Shown: positions 25,425 through 37,749, numbered from the stretch's first letter. The stretch: DNA of 64,000 nucleotides from Felis catus (GCF_018350175.1 NC_058368.1:32676001-32740000); one strand, 5' to 3'. Notes: generated by a model from the letters alone, not told the origin. Numbers and translations are program-made.

Positions 25425-27284
25425 AAGAATAATAGATACCCTAAATAATGAAAGTAGATATGAGTGTTAGTGAATATTCTGTGAAAGAAAGTATCGTGGG
25501 AGGAAAACCACAAAGATTCAAAGACACAGTGAGACTAGAGGCAGCATTATTATTTGCCTTCTCAACTACAGTATAGAAACTGCATGAGGGCAGGGATTTA
25601 TTCACAGTAATGTATTCATATTTGTATCTCTAGGGAATATCAGAATGCCCCAAACGCAGTACATGTTCAACTAAGAACGTGTCCAATAAACAATTAATGG
25701 GTATAAATTATTGGTACGACTTAAATGAATTCTCCCATTTTTAAGAATTTTGTGTTTTTCTTTTCTTTCCAATATAATTTACTCTTACACACTTAAATTT
25801 AGTCTTGTTTTCTATTTGTCATTCTTGTCTTAGGTTTTGAAAAAAAACACGTATTTATCCACTCCACCTACTGATAGCCCTTTGTATCTCATCTTTGTGG
25901 ACTACCTCTTCAAGTTTTGGTATATCCAGTTGCCTTGAGATACTTTCTGAGCTTCCAAGAAGTTGATTATGATATTTAGTTGATTATGATATTATCCTCT
26001 TCTTGACTACTGAGTCCTAAGCTTGGTAATTCAACTCCACTGAAATGGAAAGACTTTAGACATAAGTCACATTTTAAGATTTTTCACAATTTGTTTTAAT
26101 TTGTACAAGTTAATTCACCGGAGCCTTTCCTAAATACATGAGGGAAGGTATGATATAGAAGGGGAAATTCAAAAGTCAACCAAGAGTCCAAGGTATAATT
26201 TAGTTGTCTATTCAGCTAAAACTAGCTTCTAAAATAGATGAATATTTTTTTTTTCAGAGAGAATCAAAATAGTTGTTCAGTGTAGCAAGACAGCTGCTTA
26301 CTTTTAAATTGAATACCATTCTGTGCTCAGTTTGGGGAGCAAAGACCTATCAAAGTGGTTTACCAGTTCCATTCCAGCACAGGTAAATGTGTCACATGGT
26401 TAAACAGAACTCTTACCCTTAAACAAAGCTATAAAGTGATAATCCAAGATTCTTGCTATTTTCAGTCATATATGTCATAGTACAAAGAATAGTTTCATGT
26501 TTAAAAATTAACACCAAATAATTCTACATTATCTGGATTTGTTGGCGTAGCAATTGTTCTTTGTAAAAAGGTCTACTTATTTAGTATAATTTATATTTGT
26601 TGGCCTGTCATACGGTCATTTTTTTATTCTTTCCATTTTTCTGTTTCATTTGCAGTCTTTTGCATAGTGACCACTGAAATATGTTTCTAACTTAATGTCA
26701 TTTAAGTGTATTTTATATATTCTTTAACACAATCTATATTGTAGTAAATTTATATTCACTCTGCAGACTCTCTCTTCTCTAATTATAAGGTGAATTTAAA
26801 ATGTTTTATTTTAGTTAATGTTTAACTTCTAAGCCTGTCTATCTTTATTTTTCTTCCCATATTTCAATTTATTCAGCTTGAGAAGACAATGTAGCAGTTG
26901 TACAAAAAGCATTCTTGTTGAAAATTCCCAGTAATGATAAATGAGTAATCCAATTCCAATGAAATAAGTGAATCTATAAGAAGGGAATTGCTCTATATAT
27001 TAGTTTACTGTTATCCACACTTCTACATCACCTTTTGGGTTGGTGAATTCGGAATTATGCATATGAATAACACCTTTCCCAGCTGTCAATTCATTATTGC
27101 TAACCCCTAATGTGGAGTAGTAATATTTATTGTCCATTACATTCATCTCTAAATGTAGAATCAGATTTACTCATTAGTTCTCTCATCAGACACAAAGTCC
27201 ATTTCAAAATGAGTCATGTTACATGAAGGCATAACATATTGTCCTATAAACTCTGGATATCTTATTTTGAAGACCTATTGTTAA

Positions 27285-27388
27285 ATGAACTGCAAATCAT
27301 TTCTTGATGATACCTCTGATGCTTCTGATGGATGGTGTGAAGAGAGTTTTGTCTCAGTGGTTAGATATATTTCTGACATGCAGATAAG
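27285..27388 (+). CDS. Candidate alternative first coding exon MNCKSFLDDTSDASDGWCEESFVSVVRYISDMQI(R/S)
   Basis: In-frame TAA just before the ATG; 34 codons + 2 nt; donor AAG|gtatat; TATAAA at 27245-27250 and TGAGTCA at 27210-27216; lies in repeat-free sequence. Confidence 0.45.
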
Positions 27389-27849
27389 GTATATGAGCAT
27401 GTTTTAGTTAATGCAATTGTTATGATGAGGCTGTTGGAAGAATTATAAAATCATAAAAGGCTGGAACTTTTGGGAAGCAGTAAATAAAAAAAATCTAACA
27501 AAGAGCCTAAATAATAACTTAAAAACAAAACTTGTTTAGAAGTAGTTTTCCTGAGCAAACTATGCCAGAAATTATTTTAATGCTTTGCTAATGGAAATAT
27601 TCACTCCCTGAACCTTATATTTTATATATTTGTCTAATACCTACCATATAACAATTCAAGCACGCAGTTAATATTATAGTACATAATATTATAATTTATA
27701 TTTATAGTCATCCTGATTTTCCTACAGTATATGAACGATGGGTTTCTGAAGAAAAAAAATAGTAGTCCCAGAACTTTAGATATGAATCTTACTTGGCTGA
27801 GAGGAATTAGAAACATTTAATTACTTCAAGATGTGCAGGAACTCAGTTT

Positions 27850-28925
27850 CAGCAGTGGTGGAGGCAGGCCCCATTTCTCTGTCTCCTCATTTTGTCTGAC
27901 TTTCTGTGTCTGTTTCTGCATGTTAGGAAGGTCAGCGGTTTCTCTTTCTCTTAACACTAATAGTGTTATGAGTGGTCTATAAGTAGACCACTGCACACCT
28001 TGGTAAAACATACCTCACCCATGCTGGAGGCTGAACCCTGTCCACAATAGGCAAAGAGAGTCTCTGCAGACAACTGGACTGAAAGAAAAAGAGGCTAAGT
28101 CTCAAAATCAGAGTATACGTGACACACATAGGCCTGGGGGAACAGCTGACACTGAACTGCAGGGCACTACAGGACCTCTTCATAACACTATTATTGTTAA
28201 GAGAAAGAGAAACAGCTGACCTTCCTAACACACAGAAACAGACACAGAAAGTCAGACAAAATGAGGAGACAGAGAAACATCTCCCAGATGAAAGTACAGG
28301 AACAAACCACATCATGGGACTAAAACAAAATGGTTAGAAATAATATGCTTGAGAGAAAAGTTAAAGTACTGATCCTAAAGAAACTCACTTGACCAGAGAA
28401 AAGAGTGGAGGACATCGGTAAGATCCTTAACACATAGATAAAAAAACCAAAAAAAAACAAACACAAAAAAACAAAAAAACAAAACAAAAACAAAAACAAA
28501 AAGCAACCAATCAGACATCAAGACCACAATAAATGAAATTAAAAATATATATGATGGAATAAATAGCAGGCTAGATGAAGCAGGGGAATGAAATAATGAC
28601 CCAGAAGACAAAATAATGGAAAGTAACCAAGTTGAGCAAAGGAAAGGAAAGAGAATCATGCAAATAGAGTAGTCTTAGGGAACTCAGAGACTCCATCAAG
28701 TGTAATAACATTTGCATTATAGGAATATCAGAAGAAGAAGAAAAAAAAAGGGGGCAGAAAAGTTATTTGAAGAAATAGTTGAAACTTCCATAATCTGGGG
28801 AAAGAAACAGAGGCAGGTACAAAGGCACAGAGATCTGGGAGGCACAGAAATCTCCCCATAAATTCAAACCAAGAAGGGCCACACCAAGATACATAATAAA
28901 CAAATTAGTAAAAAGCAATGATAAA
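27850..28925 (+). mobile_element. L1 5'UTR/ORF1 fragment with internal inverted duplication
   Basis: ORF1-like start atgaggagacagagaaac and coiled-coil-region remnants; 27874-27971 is an inverted copy of 28180-28277. Confidence 0.8.
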
Positions 28926-29809
28926 ATTGAATAGGTTTTAAAAGATGTGAAGTTATGTTTCTTTCTTTGAAGGTACTTTACAATGTAATATATAAAATAA
29001 TATTACATTTTATCTTTAAATCAAGTATCTTTAAATGAAGTATTAGTTCACTTTTGCATCTGTTGGATATTTACTTTTTATTTGTAAGGTTCAGTGAGCC
29101 CAGTAAATATATACCTTTTAGTTTTGGTTTAACTCTCTTAGTACAATAAAGATTTTCCTCCAGTTCATTGCTCAGTTAATTGTTGAGGTAAATTCGGGAA
29201 CTATTTCATGTGATTAAATTTATGACTTTTATTTGTCTTTGAAAGCTAACTAAGGGGAATGTTTTTGAAGAGATTTGTGGAGATACAGCTAAACATCCCA
29301 CAATATACTGTAGAAGCAGAAGCAAAGTTCAGTCTGTTAGAGACAGATAACCATATCATTATTACACCTGTTCTGTCTTCACGCTGAGTGTGAGTTTTTT
29401 GGGTCCTGATATACTTCTTGTCCAGGTCTGTGAATCCTTCGATGCCCAGTACCAGAGGAAAGCATGTTTTTGGCAGGAGAGCATGTTCCTATGTGTCATT
29501 CTTCCAAGATGAGTAAATACTTCTAGCTGGGAAATATAGCCTTACCTACTAAATAAGCATAGCCTCTTATCCATTAGGCTACAGCATCTACCTAGGTAAG
29601 ACCTTCATTCTGTGGTGACACACGCCTGATGGAGAGCAGAAAAAATGGAACAAAGACAAAGGAAAATTGGGAATTACTGGAAAGCATCATTATTTTAGTT
29701 TTTGAAGATAGTGTTATTTCAGGAATGGCTAAGACTAGATCATGAAAGCTCAACTTTCCTCATTTACCAAATAGAGCTGTATTCCTTCATCATTTGAGGG
29801 TAGCAATCA

Positions 29810-30030
29810 CAAATATTAACTCCAGAGTTACACTACCTTGTAAATTCTAGATTTAGTACTTTTAACTCTGTGATCTTAGGCAAGTTATTTACTTTCTCTG
29901 CCCCAGTTTCCTAATATGTAAACAAAGAAAATAATAATCCCTGTGCAATAGTCTTACTTGATTGATTAAATGGGTTATTACAGGTAGAACTCTCCAAACA
30001 TTGTTATTATTCAATAAATATGAGTTATCA
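29810..30030 (+). mobile_element. MIR
   Basis: ctgtgtgatcttaggcaagttatttactttctctgccccagtttcctaatatgtaaa core. Confidence 0.85.
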
Positions 30031-30792
30031 TAGGGCATTGCTGTCCCTTGGAAGCTGGTAAACTTCCAAAGGAATAAAGCATGTTCTGTAAATCACCTTC
30101 TGTCAGTAAAATGACTACCACTGTTTGTAATCACTGTCACAATGAATCATAGCAAACTAAAGGAAAAATACTACAGAATATTTCAAAGTCTTATTTAAAT
30201 GCTTTGCTAGAACAAAGACCATAGGGTAGCTGAAGGAGGGTTAAGATATAGTAAATGTATAATGTCTATATATAACAAACTATAATCATATGACTCTTTC
30301 ACATGATTGCATTTATTTTACACTTTTTTGTGTATTATGCATGAGCTTATTGAACACACAAAAAATGAGTCTAGGATATCCCTCTTATATTTCACTGATG
30401 AGCAATTATTTGTTCATTTATCAAGCATTTAGAGAAACTACCGAGTCAGACATCACGCTGCTTAACTTTACTGGATCATCAAAGGAGAAAAAATAAAAGC
30501 CGTAGCCTTACAAAGGTGGCATTCATTCATAGGTTGATACATTCATATATACATAATGAGCATTTATACCACACCAGATACAAGTATAGCTACTGTATAT
30601 CCAAATTGATCTGAATACACACCATGTGGTCCAGTAGACCAGTTGCCAATTCACAGCATTACATTAGCATATATGTCAGCAGAATTTAACAATCTGCTTA
30701 TTCACCAAAAATGAAGTTGACCAGATAGAGGGACAATTACTCTAGGTTGAGATTTTAAACAAATTGACAGCATAGTCAAGAAGAGGAGCTGT

Positions 30793-30962
30793 AGGTGTGC
30801 GTGGGTGGCTCAGTCCATTGAGCATTTGACTTTGGCTCAGGTCATGGTCTCATGGTTCAGTTTGTGCGTTCCAGACCTACACTGGGCTTGCTACTGTCAA
30901 CGCAGAGCCTGCCTAGTATCTTCTGTCCCCCTATCTGTCTGCCCCTCCCCTCTGTCTCTCCT
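30793..30962 (+). mobile_element. Degraded CAN-SINE without a clear tail
   Basis: gggtggctcagtc...gactttggctcaggtcatg body. Confidence 0.85.
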
Positions 30963-31161
30963 GAAGTAGAAATGAAATGATCCAAATATCACACTGCCAT
31001 AAAGCACTGCTATGGTGTTAAATATATATACAATAATGACCCTGAAATAGATGAAGACAAACTAATATGAAGAAATAACAATATTATAATAAACATGGTA
31101 TTTAAAACCTAGGCATTAAGCTTTCTTCGAATGAATAAGTTTAATGTAAAAAAAAGGACAT

Positions 31162-31690
31162 ATTCACTTAGCATAACACTCTCCAGTTCCATCCATGTTG
31201 CTACAAAAGGCCATATTTCATTATTTCTCATTGCCAAGTAGTATTCCATTGTGTATATAAACTGCAATGTCTTTATCCATTCATCAGTTGATGGACATTT
31301 AGGCTCTTTCCATAATTTGGCAATTGTTAAAAGTGCTGCTATAAACATTGGGGTACAAGTCATACGGAGAAAGACAGATACCATATGTTTTCACTCTTAT
31401 GTGGCATTGGGGTACAAGTCATACGGAGAAAGACAGATACCATATGTTTTCACTCTTATGTGGATCCTGAGAAACTTAAGAGAAGACCATGGGGGAGGGG
31501 AAGGAAGAAAAAAGTTAGAGAGGGAGAGAGCCAAACCATAAGAAACTCTTAAAAACTGAGAATAAACTGAGCATTAATGGGGGGTGGCAGGGAGGGGTGG
31601 GTGGGTGATGGGCATTGAGGAGGGCACCTGTTGGGATGAGCACTAGGTGTTGTATGGAAACCAATTTGACAAAAAATTTCATATTAAAAA
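31162..31690 (+). mobile_element. Feline L1 3' end with 5' inversion and 59-bp junction duplication
   Basis: Minus piece 31162-31360, plus piece to the A tail; TSD aaaaaaaagga at 31148-31158 and 31686-31696. Confidence 0.92.
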
Positions 31691-32030
31691 AAAGGATAGT
31701 ACCTATAGGTATATACATCATCTGTTTTTACGAAGGTTCTTTCCAAATCTTGTTGAAAAAAATAGTATATTCTCATTAGATTACTCTCAAATTATTTTAT
31801 GTCAAGTTCATGAAACTCAGTTATCAACTCTAGCAATGTCCTGGTTGCAAGAATATGCAAAGTATCATCTTAAATATTTTGGACTACATATATAAAAGTA
31901 TATAAAAATTTTACCTACACACAAAATTTGAAATTAAAAAAAATAGTAATAAATTTAACAGTTGAGCTCTTTTCATTTACAATCCCTAATTTTATATTTA
32001 TTTAGTTCTTTTAAAATTTGAGTATAACTG

Positions 32031-32247
32031 TGGCGCCTGGGTGGCTCAGATGATTGTGCGTCTGACTTCAGCTCATGTCTTGATCTCGCCGTCTGGGAGT
32101 TCGAGCCCCGCGTTGGGCTCTGGGCCGACAGCTCAGAACCTGGAGTCTGCTTCGGATTCTGTGTCTCCCTGTCTCTCTGCCCCTCCCCTGCTCACATTCT
32201 GTCTGTCTGTCTGTCTCTCTCAAAATAACAAATAAACGTTAAAAAAA
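32031..32247 (+). mobile_element. CAN-SINE inserted in an L1 tail
   Basis: TSD ttaaaatttgagtata at 32011-32026 and 32248-32263. Confidence 0.95.
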
Positions 32248-32500
32248 TTAAAATTTGAGTATAGTTGACATATAATGTTACATTAATTTCAGGGGTACAG
32301 CATAGTGATTCAACAATTCTTATATTTCACTGATGAGCAATTATTTGTGCTCATCAGTGCTCACTATGGTACTTACCATCTTTCACCATACAAAGTTATT
32401 ACCATATTACTGACTATATTTCTGATGCTGTGCTTTTCATCCCTGTGACTTTTTTTATTTTATAACCAGAAGTTTCTACCTCTTAATATATTTACTTAGT
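32248..32500 (-). mobile_element. L1 3'-end fragment carrying a templated insertion
   Basis: gtatagttgacatataatgttacattaatttcaggggtacagcatagtgattcaac is typical of the L1 3'UTR. Confidence 0.8.
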
Positions 32501-32711
32501 TTTTCTGTTATGATAAATACTGATTAAGCCAAGTACTTGTGAAACATTTTGAATCCTGTATTATCTTACGGGACATCTTTATCAATTTGTGTGTATGAGT
32601 GTTCAGCAGATACAGTTATCCTTAAACAACAAGAAAATGACACTTCAGGACTATCTGATTTTTTTTAGCTAAACGTAATGCCAATACCAATAGTAAAGCA
32701 ACACTGGTATA

Positions 32712-32833
32712 ATGCCAATGTTTGCATTCTTTGTAATACTACTAGAGATCAATATTTGTTTGGTATTCTGTAAAACACCTGCATTTCTTTCACAGGATAT
32801 GCTGATGAATGTCTGTTTTTCCACAGTGGAGAA
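32712..32833 (+). CDS. Candidate exon: first coding exon MPMFAFFVILLEINICLVFC...FSTVE(K/N), or internal 38-nt exon 32796-32833
   Basis: Donor GAA|gtgagt at 32834; acceptors tttctttcacag| (32795) and tttttccacag| (32826); 40 codons + 2 nt with an in-frame upstream TAA at 32694. Confidence 0.45.
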
Positions 32834-33079
32834 GTGAGTGCTCAGTTATATTTTATAGAAAATTGATATGATTTCACTATCCTCAGGCAGACTTGTAATT
32901 CTTACTTTTTGATGGAGTATGCATATGATGGATTGCATATTTTGTATGAGGCAAATATCAATCACATTGATATGGAATTTTGTTAAAAGACATTAAAAAA
33001 TTTTAATTCACATTTACTTTCTTCATATATCATGCAGAATGTACTTAAAAGGTATTTGTCTTTGTAGATATATGTTCAT

Positions 33080-33670
33080 AAGACAGAATTTGCAGTTGCA
33101 TGCAACAGAAATTGATTCTGAGTAATTTAAGCATTAGGAGAATTTACTGATTGATTATTAGGTAGCCCATAAATTCACCAGCAAAATGAAAGGACAAGGC
33201 TTAGCAAATGAGGAAGGAAAAAGGGAATCTAGAGAATAAGGACTGCTGTCTAAATCATTTCACAGAAGCAATCTGTGAGGACCATTTTTCTTCCAGTGGA
33301 CACAGATTGTTTCAGCTTGTACTACCACAACCACAACTACCAATGTCACCAACCATAAATTGACTTTGCTGCCATTTTTGCTATGGATGACCCTGAAAAC
33401 TGATATGGCTTCCATTGATATCGTTATTGAATTTTTTGTCTCTGCTTATTTTAATCACTAGTCCAGATTAAAAGATCCACATAAACATGTCTGATTGGGA
33501 AAAATTTATACAGTGGGGAATTTCCCATATATAAGAATGGTATTAAATTGCTTGACAATAAAACAAGTAGAAACATCCAGTACATTTCATGCTACGGTAT
33601 GCCACAACCGATATACACGATTTTTCCCCCAGAGGGTAATTCCAATAAAAAAAAAAAGCAGCAAAATGTA
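33080..33670 (-). mobile_element. Old MLT1-like (MaLR) LTR
   Basis: gttgcatgcaacagaaattgattctgagtaatttaagc...aatttactg resembles the reverse 3' end of old MLT1 LTRs. Confidence 0.65.
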
Positions 33671-33742
33671 TTCCTAAAAAAAATGCAATGATATCTTCTC
33701 AATTAAGCCTCACATAGCTAGTTTAAAATTAATTCCCTCTCC

Positions 33743-33934
33743 GGGGTGCCTGGCTGGCTCAGTCGGTTAAGCATCTGACTTCGGCTCAGGTCATGATCTC
33801 ACAGTCTGTGAGTTCGAGCCCCGCGTCGGGCTCTGTGTTGACACCTCAGAGCCGGGAGCCTGCTTCCGATTCTGTGTCTCCCTCTCTCTCTGCCCCTCTC
33901 CTGTTCATGCTCTTTCTCTGTGTCAAAAATAAAT
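33743..33934 (+). mobile_element. CAN-SINE
   Basis: TSD aaaattaattccct at 33725-33738 and 33935-33948. Confidence 0.95.
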
Positions 33935-34187
33935 AAAATTAATTCCCTTTCCAAAGAAGATTAAGGAAGGAAGGAAGGAAGGAAAAAAGGAAGGGAGACC
34001 ATCAATCAAATACAAAATATGTAAATGTGTATCTCTTGGCTGCATCGGGTCCAAATTCAGAATCTCTAGGTGATGTATACTTCCCCTCTGGTTTTAGTCC
34101 TTATACTGTCATGGTGTTCTGCAACCTATTCGCAAAAATGTTAAGAGAAGAGAAAGAAAGAGAAATTATTTAAAATGCCTGAACTTT

Positions 34188-34418
34188 GGGGCACCTGGGT
34201 GGCTTAGTCAGTTAAGTATCTGACTTCAATTCAGGTCATGATCTCATGGTTTGTGGGTTTGGGTTTGAGCCCTACGTTGGGCTCTCTGCTGACAGCTCAG
34301 AACCTGGAGCCTGCTTCAGATTCTGTGTCTCCCAATCTCGTTGCCCCTACCCCACTCATTCTCTCCCTCTCTCTCTGTCTCTCTCTCTCACAAATAAGCC
34401 ATAAAATAAATAAATAAA
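34188..34418 (+). mobile_element. CAN-SINE
   Basis: TSD tgcc(t/c)gaacttt on both flanks. Confidence 0.94.
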
Positions 34419-35150
34419 CTGCCCGAACTTTTATTTTTCAGCAATTATAAGCTCTTAGTTGTTGAATTTGTATAGAAGTAGAGTGAACTTTCATTGATAT
34501 TTTCCTCTGGATGTGGCAGTACATAGAGCATTCCAGGGAATTACCTGGATTCCATTCCTTCCCTCCCTTGCTCTGTTCTATAGAAACAACCTTATCTCCC
34601 CTGGATGGTCAAGATCAGTCATCCCAATCAATACTGTAACCCCACTGATTTCTGCTGACTCAGAGGTAAGAGGAAACCAAAAGATTGGGAGGTAATCTCA
34701 ATCTCCATTTAAAATGATATTATTATGTATCTCCTGATGGAAACATTTTTTCTTTGGGTGTTGCATCTTCCAAAACTGAAGAAGCCGTAGTTGCAGGGAA
34801 AGGAAGCAGTCTGTGAAAAGATCGGTAGGCATCATTGTGAGAGGTGTCATTCTAATTTCCATCCTTTGACTTTAGAATGCATACCTTCTAGTTAGATAAG
34901 CGAGCTTACCATTTTATGATGTCTGGTTTGGGTGCTGTACCACTTCTGGAGGGACAGAATCCTCAAACTTGGAAGGAATTCTATACTTCTGAAACTGTAG
35001 CAGTATCTTCAATAAGTTATTCCATACATCAATAAAGCTAATATCTGAATATTTTACAAATAATTAAAAGAATATCTTCATCAGAAATAGGTTGTATGGG
35101 GGCCATGATGGTGAATAATATATATTATGGTTGGCAGAAAAAAAAATAGA

Positions 35151-35692
35151 TGTAGTTGCTCCTCTTTAAGATGACTCCAGACACTTCCCCCCACTGCGCC
35201 CCCTGGCATGTATGTGCCTTTTTGCCAGTGAGAAGTGGTATTTGTGAAAAGATTTCTTCCTTCTACTTAAATCAGGATTTCCTTAGTGACTTGATTGGCC
35301 AGTAAAATGCACTGAGGTGATAGTTCAAACTGCTAAAGGTTGGTGATATTAAGCCTTGCCACTTTTGCTCAGATTCATTGAAGTGCTTTTAGAACACTGA
35401 AATAATTGACTTGGGGCATTGGCCACCTTCTAAGAAGACCAAATACCCAGAAACAGTTATACTATGATAAGCCCAAAGCAAATAGAATCTGAAGGAGAAA
35501 TATCATATGGAGAGAAAGAGGCGAGGGGCAGAGACTCACTAAGGAACACTCAGGAGTCAGACAGGTGAATGAAGAAGCCAATTTGGCAGTGGATTCTCCA
35601 ACATAAGCTCACCTCAGCTGATGCTATTTGATTTAGAAATGAACAGCCCAGTTTTGAGGAATTTGTTATGTAGGAACAGATAACTAGATAAG
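35151..35692 (+). mobile_element. MLT1-like solo LTR inserted into the ERV-L integrase remnant
   Basis: Starts tgtagttgct..., contains ccttagtgacttgattggccagtaaaatg, ends tttgttatgtaggaacagataactagata; integrase peptide resumes on both sides. Confidence 0.75.
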
Positions 35693-36084
35693 TGATAGAT
35701 AAGGAAGTTCAATCCAAATATAGTATCTCTTCTCATGAGAACATATTTCTAGTCCTTCCCTGAAGGAAAAAGTTCAGTATAATCAAGCTGCCAACAAATG
35801 GCTTGTCCACTCAGGTATATAGCACCACATCAGGTGCTTGGGTTGCTCCTTGCCACTGAGCACTGAGAAGCAGTAGTGGCTAGATTGGCCTGACCTAGAG
35901 AATCCATGTTTTTGACCCCATGCATAGTCTCCATTGTTGCCATTTTACTTTGTTTATGGGTATACCAAACAAGCTGGGAGTTAAGGGTGACTGACATCAC
36001 CTTTACACTCAATCAGTGAGCATGTCCATAATGGAGATCTATGCAAGGGATTCCATGGGACAAAGATTTTCTTAAAGATCAAGC

Positions 36085-36302
36085 GTATTTTTATATTTTA
36101 TTTTATTTTATTTTATTTTATTTTGAGAAAGAGACAGAGACAGAGAGAGTGAGAGAGGGAGCAGCATAGAGGGAGAATCCGAAGCAAGCTCCAGGCTGTC
36201 AGCATGGAGCCTGATGCAGGGCTTGAACTCACGAACCGTGAGATCATGACCGAGCTGAAACCAAAGTCAGATGATTAACTGACTTGAGCTACCCATGTGC
36301 CC
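36085..36302 (-). mobile_element. CAN-SINE
   Basis: SINE body with (TTTTA)n tail. Confidence 0.93.
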
Positions 36303-37330
36303 TGAGCCTATGTTTAATAGTTATCCCTCAAAACATTGTTCAAGTCTCCTTCTCTCCAGTCTTCTAACCTTTTTTCTTCTAAGTCCCAGTTCAAAATCAT
36401 TAATTACTTCCTATACATTAATATAGATCCTTATCTCAAGATCCTGATAGTATAGATCCTTCTTTATTTCCAGAAAAATTAGCAATATTATGCTCAGATT
36501 TATGTTTTCCTCATTTACAGATCTTGAATTGAATTGAACCATAGCAACAATCTCCTTCCAAATGGTTTCAGTATGTCATTAAGAGTTGTTTGTGAACCAG
36601 ATTCTAGTTTGTTTGTTTGTTTAGAGTCAACTGGTCATAGGCAATTACCCTTGAAATCATATGTGGGAGACTAAGGATGCAACTTAAGTTCTATCACTAG
36701 ACCAAGATCTGTTTTTCAAAAGAAGAACATTATAAAGAGGGAATATCTTGGCTCCAAAGCTAGTGGACTCCATTGTAAGCCTATTAGCAGGGATTTCTGC
36801 ATCTTTACAGTATCCCTATCCATCGTAGACATTTTGATATTCAGAAAATTTTGATATTTGATATTTAATTGTTGATATTTAAGTACTGAATAGCAATGCT
36901 GCTTTTTTATAGGTTTGCCCAAACCAGCTGGGAAACCTTGCACTGAAAGCCACCCAAAGCTATGAATCTCTTATGTCATTTAAGGAATAAATGAGAACAT
37001 CAGAATGCTTAGCATTCAAAAATGAAGCAAAGTCACCTATATTACAACTTTATTAGTAGTTGAGGGTGTAAGATGCAGAATAGTTCTTCACTTTGGAGGG
37101 GATATGTAATATTTCTCTGGCAAATAACCAGAAAATTTGTTAGGGTAGCAGGTCATGGGTGTTGTCTTGGACCTCTAGCATGCATCTATCTTGTCAAATC
37201 ATTTAGGAACAGCTCTACAGATTCATATAGTATTATTTAACTTAAATAATCATTTATAGTAATGTTTTGTGTAATTTTTATATGACAAGGATACCTTGAA
37301 TTTATAATGGTTTAAAGCCAATAAATTTTA

Positions 37331-37749
37331 TGCCAATACCTTGCTGTCTTGATGATGACAGCTTTGTAGTAGAGGCTAAAGTCTGGGATTGTGATGCCTC
37401 CTGCTTTGGTCTTCTTCTTCAAAATTCCTTTGGCTATTCGGGGCCTTTTGTGGTTCCATATGAATTTTAGGATTGCTTGTTCTAGTTTCAAGAAGAATGC
37501 TGGTGCAATTTTGATTGGGATTGCATTGAATGTGTAGATAGCTTTGGGTAGTATTGACATTTTGACAATATTTATTTTTCCAATCCATGAGCAGGGAATG
37601 AGACTCTTAAAAACTGAGAACAAACTGAGGGTTGATGGGGGGTGGGAGGGAGGAGAGGGTGGGTGATGGGTATTGAGGAGGGCACCTTTTGGGATGAGCA
37701 CTGGGTGTTGTATGGAAACCAATTTGTCAATAAATTTCATATAAAAAAA
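37331..37749 (+). mobile_element. Feline L1 with 5' inversion and large internal deletion
   Basis: Inverted ORF2 piece 37331-~37598 joined to 3'UTR and A tail; perfect 18-bp TSD taaagccaataaatttta at 37313-37330 and 37750-37767. Confidence 0.95.

Noticed and set aside
31578..31612. G-quadruplex-like G-run cluster (also ~37636-37670)
   Set aside because: Standard G-rich tract of the L1 3'UTR
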